This document shows positions 28,854 through 32,000 of a stretch of DNA of 32,000 bases, in pieces. Origin of the DNA: Erysipelotrichaceae bacterium MTC7. Lineage in GTDB: Bacteria; Bacillota_I; Bacilli_A; Erysipelotrichales; Erysipelotrichaceae. Location: the NCBI GenBank assembly GCA_001695645.1, contig LVZN01000019.1, forward strand, positions 1 through 32,000, in the 5' to 3' direction. Both the position numbers and the translations under genes were made by a program. How positions within the stretch are numbered: position 1 is the first letter of the stretch; each line of letters opens with the position of its first letter. The notes beneath the pieces were generated by a model. The model did no database searches. It saw nothing but the letters and a program-made list of their open reading frames with translations, and had not been told where the DNA came from.

Positions 28854-29847
28854 CTTCATCCACCCACCGAACGCAACCATCATTTACCAATAGATGACAG
28901 GTTCCTTTCTTTTCTTTTGGGCCTACTAGATTTTGGATATTATCAACAACAGATGTGGTAGAGCAATCGACTACCTTTTTCATAACGGCTAACAGCCTTT
29001 TGTATCCATCATCGTAATCATCCCATAAAGTATCTTTAATGTAATCATGTGTTTCAGACTTCCACTTCTTAGAATGTTCTTCGCCTTTATCTATAGATTC
29101 TCGAATAAAGCGGTCAATACGCAATGCACTATAATAATTGATTCGTTGATCAGAGAAGTTTCTTTTGAATTTTGTAGGTAACGAGTCTAAATCAGCTTTT
29201 GTCAAATTACCAGATTTTATAGCTTCTGCATAAGCTGCAAGAAGCTCACTAACATATTTCTCTTCTTCAGGAGCAATGTCTTGTGGAGGCTCGATCTCCT
29301 TAGGAATAGATATTTCAACATTACCTATATGTAATTTTCCATCAGATTCGTCATAATAAATAGTTTGAGAAGGTAAAGATGCTAATTTAGAAGGGGAAGT
29401 TGCATTATTAGAAACATTGATGCTAGACGATTCTCTGCCTTCATAAATGTCATCTAGAATTTGAAGAAACAAATCAGCACAAGCATATCCTAAAACTTCA
29501 TCGGGATTGAAGCCTGGAATCATTTTTTTGATTTCATCCTCAATAGCCATCTGATTATGATCGTTTAAATTACTTATGTAATTTGCAAATTTATCTGTAT
29601 CTTTACGACTAATAACTACATGTACCTTTTTGGGGTTCAAAGGATTACTACCCTTTATCAATCGATCTAATGAGTCTGGTTTGAGAACACCAAAAGGGTT
29701 ATATCTATCATTCTCAGACAATTTTATTTCTTCCACCGTTTGAGGGGCTCTCATGATATTGTCAAAAAGCGACAGAAAAAACTCATATGGTTTATATGAT
29801 GTACCACTGTGTTTATAAAGTATATTCGCAAATTCACTAAAGAGCAT
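28846..29847 (-). CDS. Effector-position protein of the ATPase triad (LmuA-like placement); N-terminal ~140 aa unassigned
   Basis: SD GGAGGTGG 4 nt upstream of the ATG. It has two helical halves split by a Ser/Asn-rich linker (about res 139-160). The C-terminal half ends 'KKGTCHLLVNDGCVRWV'. I saw no nuclease, protease, TIR, SIR2 or HEPN motif. Confidence 0.8.
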   Translation of the reverse strand: MLFSEFANILYKHSGTSYKPYEFFLSLFDNIMRAPQTVEEIKLSENDRYNPFGVLKPDSLDRLIKGSNPLNPKKVHVVISRKDTDKFANYISNLNDHNQMAIEDEIKKMIPGFNPDEVLGYACADLFLQILDDIYEGRESSSINVSNNATSPSKLASLPSQTIYYDESDGKLHIGNVEISIPKEIEPPQDIAPEEEKYVSELLAAYAEAIKSGNLTKADLDSLPTKFKRNFSDQRINYYSALRIDRFIRESIDKGEEHSKKWKSETHDYIKDTLWDDYDDGYKRLLAVMKKVVDCSTTSVVDNIQNLVGPKEKKGTCHLLVNDGCVRWVDEDE

Positions 29848-29868
29848 TATCTGCCACCTCCAACTATA

Positions 29869-29903
29869 TTTCCGAATCTTTCCGAACCTCTCCGAGTCCT
29901 TCC
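29869..29903. repeat. About 3.5 tandem copies of a 10-bp unit (TYTCCGARYC), exactly 10-bp phased, upstream of the triad
   Basis: TTTCCGAATC (29869-29878), TTTCCGAACC (29879-29888), TCTCCGAGTC (29889-29898), CTTCC (29899-29903). It starts 22 nt upstream of the ATG at 29847 and abuts the hairpin CCTTCC/GGAAGG (29898-29914) + T8. Confidence 0.7.
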
Positions 29904-30095
29904 TTAATGGAAGGTCTTTTTTTTATACAATTTTATTAGTGATTGAGTGATATTGAAGAAGAAATTGCAAGCAAAAAAGACTGCTTAAATTATATCACGA
30001 AAAATCACACATTACCAGAAGAAAAATTCACAAAAGCAAATATTTTATCATTTATTGTTGAATTTATCTTCAAAAATGGAAAGGAGGTAGTGCAG

Positions 30096-30239
30096 ATGGC
30101 CAAACGTAATACGAAGCAAACATCAAAAAGAGTTGCGTCAAAAGCAAGCAAAATTCTTAACGATGGACGCTACAGTAAGAAATCCAAGTCAGTGGCTGGC
30201 AGTGCTTTAAGTCAAACTAGACCAAGCAAGAAAAAGTAA
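30096..30239 (+). CDS. Small (47 aa) highly basic Lys/Ser-rich protein
   Basis: Strong SD AAAGGAGG (30080-30087) 8 nt upstream of the ATG at 30096. The longer 98-aa ORF-track version starts at a TTG (29943) with no SD. Sequence: MAKRNTKQTSKRVASKASKILNDGRYSKKSKSVAGSALSQTRPSKKK. Confidence 0.5.
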   Translation: MAKRNTKQTSKRVASKASKILNDGRYSKKSKSVAGSALSQTRPSKKK

Positions 30240-30467
30240 TTTTCAGAACAGATGATAGGTAGCGACAGATTTGAATAATCAGCCTACTTATCCTCCCTAA
30301 GGGAGAAATCTATCCAGAGCGGTTATCGCTCAACAAAATCAATCTCAAAGTCCTAGTGCGCATACGGACGGCGGGATGCATAAGAGTTCAGAACACAGTA
30401 ATAAAGACTGTGTTTGGAATGAAGATGCACCCACCGTTATTTCGTGTGCCCTTTTTTAGGACAAGCG

Positions 30468-30501
30468 GAGTCTGTGGTCATCTTCACCGCAGGCTCTTTT
30501 T
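30468..30501 (+). terminator. Rho-independent terminator / attenuator 40 nt upstream of the sigma-like gene
   Basis: 10-bp stem GAGTCTGTGG (30468-30477) / CCGCAGGCTC (30487-30496) with two G-U pairs, a 9-nt loop, then TTTTT (30497-30501). Confidence 0.7.
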
Positions 30502-30541
30502 GTATTCCGCCGCCCAATGACTAGGCGGGAAGGAATACTTT

Positions 30542-31084
30542 ATGAAGATTCGAGTTTTATATGAAGACAACATTAAAAACGGTCACAAGAACTACACCAC
30601 AATTGAAATTCCAGATGGAGATTACAGCGTCATGCTGGATATCGACTATGAGCAACGTCTTGCAGAAGCAAAGCCTGAAAAGAAGGCAGAGGTGAAACGC
30701 TGCGAGACTCTACAAGAAATGTTCGACCTCATGAACAACAAGGAATATAACCATTGGCGCCGCTACCATAGGCACCTTGGTAATACCAAGACACCTTATC
30801 GAAAAGATGATGAAGTTGAAATTGATGTCATGGATACTTTCGCTGATAACTCCCAGGAGATAGAACGCAATCACCAAGATGAGTACGAATCTGTCTGCCA
30901 ATGGATACGCACCGTTCTTGGCAAAAAGCAGGACTGGGCAGATATGTTCATTGCAGTACGGATTGACGGTATGTCGATTCGAGAATATGCCAGTTCCATC
31001 GGTGTTAATGAAAACAATATTACTCAGAAATTAAAGCGAGCAACCAAGAAATTAGAACAAGAATATAAAAAACGTCAGATTTGA
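30542..31084 (+). CDS. Sigma-70 region-4-like HTH protein typical of Firmicute ICE/phage regulatory modules
   Basis: The C-terminal 'MSIREYASSIGVNENNITQKLKRATKKL' resembles a sigma region 4.2 HTH. SD GGAAGGAA. GC content is higher than in the neighbouring cargo. Confidence 0.6.
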   Translation: MKIRVLYEDNIKNGHKNYTTIEIPDGDYSVMLDIDYEQRLAEAKPEKKAEVKRCETLQEMFDLMNNKEYNHWRRYHRHLGNTKTPYRKDDEVEIDVMDTFADNSQEIERNHQDEYESVCQWIRTVLGKKQDWADMFIAVRIDGMSIREYASSIGVNENNITQKLKRATKKLEQEYKKRQI

Positions 31085-31148
31085 CCTTCTCCCAAGGCTA
31101 CTAGGTAGGAGGTCAAGACCTCCAAAAAAACACAAGGAGGTAATTCGA

Positions 31149-31931
31149 ATGGAATTACAAGTTTACAAAAATGCAGAGTTTGGCTCTGTACGTACTACAA
31201 CGATTGCTGGTCAACCTTATTTTGTAGGTAAGGATGTAGCTGATATTCTCGGCTACTCAAATACTCGCAAAGCTTTGATCGACCATGTTGACAAAGAGGA
31301 CAAGGATGACGTAACGATTCGTGACGCCATCGGAAGAAATCAAACGATGACTGCTATCAATGAATCCGGTCTTTATAGCCTCATCCTCTCAAGCAAGATG
31401 CCGAATGCTAAAAAGTTTAAGCGATGGGTGACAAACGAAGTCCTCCCTGCTATTCGGAAACATGGACTTTATGCAACAGATGATTTAATCGCAAATCCAG
31501 ACCTTGCCATTGCTGCATTTACTGCATTAAAAGAGGAACGTGAAAAAAACAAGGAACTGATGGCGGCCGTTGCGATTGGTCAGCAGCAGATTGCCGAGAT
31601 GAAACCCAAGGCTACTTACTATGATGTGGTTCTTAAATGCAGGGATGCAGTCAATATCTCTGTGATTGCCAAAGATTACGGCTGGAGTGCCATGCGCATG
31701 AACGAATACCTTCATGAAAAAGGCATTCAGTACAAACAAGGAACTATTTGGCTTCTCTATCAAAAGTATGCTCCAAATGGATATACCAAAACCAACACTC
31801 ATATTTACGAAGATAGTAAGGGTATCCAACATACGAAAGTGCACACCAAGTGGACGCAAAAAGGCAGACTCTTTATCTATGAACAGTTAAAAGCCGACGG
31901 TATTTACCCGCAAATTGAGATGGAGGTGTGA
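31149..31931 (+). CDS. Phage/ICE antirepressor, Bro-N + KilAC (ANT) domains
   Basis: Bro-N: 'FGSVRTTTIAGQPYFVGKDVADILGY...ESGLYSLILSSKMPNAKKFKRWVTNEVLPAIRKHG'. KilAC: 'YYDVVL...ISVIAKDYGWSAMRMNEYLHEKGIQY'. SD AAGGAGG. Confidence 0.88.
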   Translation: MELQVYKNAEFGSVRTTTIAGQPYFVGKDVADILGYSNTRKALIDHVDKEDKDDVTIRDAIGRNQTMTAINESGLYSLILSSKMPNAKKFKRWVTNEVLPAIRKHGLYATDDLIANPDLAIAAFTALKEEREKNKELMAAVAIGQQQIAEMKPKATYYDVVLKCRDAVNISVIAKDYGWSAMRMNEYLHEKGIQYKQGTIWLLYQKYAPNGYTKTNTHIYEDSKGIQHTKVHTKWTQKGRLFIYEQLKADGIYPQIEMEV

Positions 31932-31932
31932 T

Positions 31933-32000
31933 ATGGGAATCAATATGAAAAATGCAGAAGGGTATTATGACCCAACTCCCCATAAAGCACTTAGCAATAT
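31933..32000 (+). CDS. Truncated ORF (MGINMKNAEGYYDPTPHKALSNI...), hypothetical mobile-element protein
   Basis: ATG 6 nt after GGAGG (31922-31926) and 1 nt after the antirepressor stop. It is open to the window end. The family is not recognised with confidence. Confidence 0.4.
   Translation, partial: MGINMKNAEGYYDPTPHKALSN

Larger units (their letters stand above)
22139..32000. mobile_element. Genomic island / ICE- or prophage-like element adjoining the 3' end of rlmD; extends beyond the window
   Basis: There is an abrupt change from conserved housekeeping synteny to R-M, defence-like and mobile-element regulatory genes (Bro-N/KilAC antirepressor, sigma-r4-like HTH). The composition is mosaic: hand-counted 60-nt lines give 25% GC at 23101-23160, against 43% at 30361-30420 and 52% at 30481-30540. 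No integrase or second boundary lies inside the window. Confidence 0.6.

Noticed and set aside
29869-29903. Possibility that the 10-bp tandem repeats are a CRISPR array or minisatellite
   Set aside because: The units are contiguous with no spacers and are far too short. No cas genes or repeat-spacer periodicity occur anywhere in the window. I treat them as a regulatory repeat instead.
29898-29924. CCTTCC/GGAAGG hairpin + T8 as a conventional + strand terminator
   Set aside because: No + strand gene lies upstream of it (the nearest ends at 24488), and the stem is only 6 bp. I keep it only as part of the control-region finding.
29943-30095. N-terminal 51 codons of the 98-aa ORF (TTG start)
   Set aside because: The TTG has no SD, while the internal ATG at 30096 has a near-perfect one. 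The upstream part is more likely 5' UTR or promoter DNA, though translation of the long form cannot be excluded.
31085-31148. GGAGGT-caag-ACCTCC hairpin after the 180-aa gene as a terminator
   Set aside because: It is followed by A7 rather than a T-run on the + strand and preceded, not followed, by T's on the minus strand. It may simply be leader structure that sequesters or mimics an SD-like sequence.
30710-31859. Minus-strand ORFs of 63 and 110 aa antisense to the sigma-like and antirepressor genes
   Set aside because: They are shadow frames inside well-supported + strand genes and lack an SD.

Overview
The window is about 32 kb of chromosome from a low-GC Firmicute (Bacillota); the synteny and protein style look Bacilli/Erysipelotrichia-like, but the organism is not identifiable from sequence alone. 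Positions 1-22138 are ordinary, densely packed housekeeping DNA: rubrerythrin, ktrB-ktrA K+ uptake, a NifU-like protein, an S1-domain protein, pgi, a CpXC-like zinc-ribbon protein, a cadC-cadA metal efflux pair with a clear SmtB/ArsR-type operator, two tandem LCP (LytR-CpsA-Psr) paralogs, the conserved pcrA-ligA-camS-gatCAB block, a membrane-anchored hypothetical protein, and a RumA/RlmD-type 23S rRNA m5U methyltransferase. Directly after the rlmD stop and terminator (about 22.14 kb) the sequence becomes an accessory island that runs off the window. It starts with a very AT-rich cargo module at about 22.2-30.24 kb. This module holds a FokI-like type IIS restriction-modification pair: a fused two-domain N6-adenine methyltransferase convergent with a FokI-like endonuclease. 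The endonuclease is the last gene of a five-gene co-directional minus-strand array. That array also contains an XRE HTH regulator and a tightly coupled three-gene module with Lamassu / ABC-3C architecture: a 333-aa protein, a ~150-aa winged-HTH protein, and a 609-aa coiled-coil ABC ATPase. The 333-aa protein sits in the position where such systems carry their effector, but I can find no recognisable effector domain in it. This triad is the best candidate in the window for a new or variant defence system. After 30.24 kb the DNA is visibly GC-richer and carries a structured ~300-nt non-coding leader with an intrinsic terminator, a sigma-70 region-4-like HTH protein, a Bro-N/KilAC antirepressor and a truncated ORF. 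This is a typical ICE/prophage regulatory module. I found no rRNA, tRNA or CRISPR array. All homology statements rest on motif recognition by eye and on recalled family knowledge, including the published FokI sequence; no database search or alignment statistic was possible.
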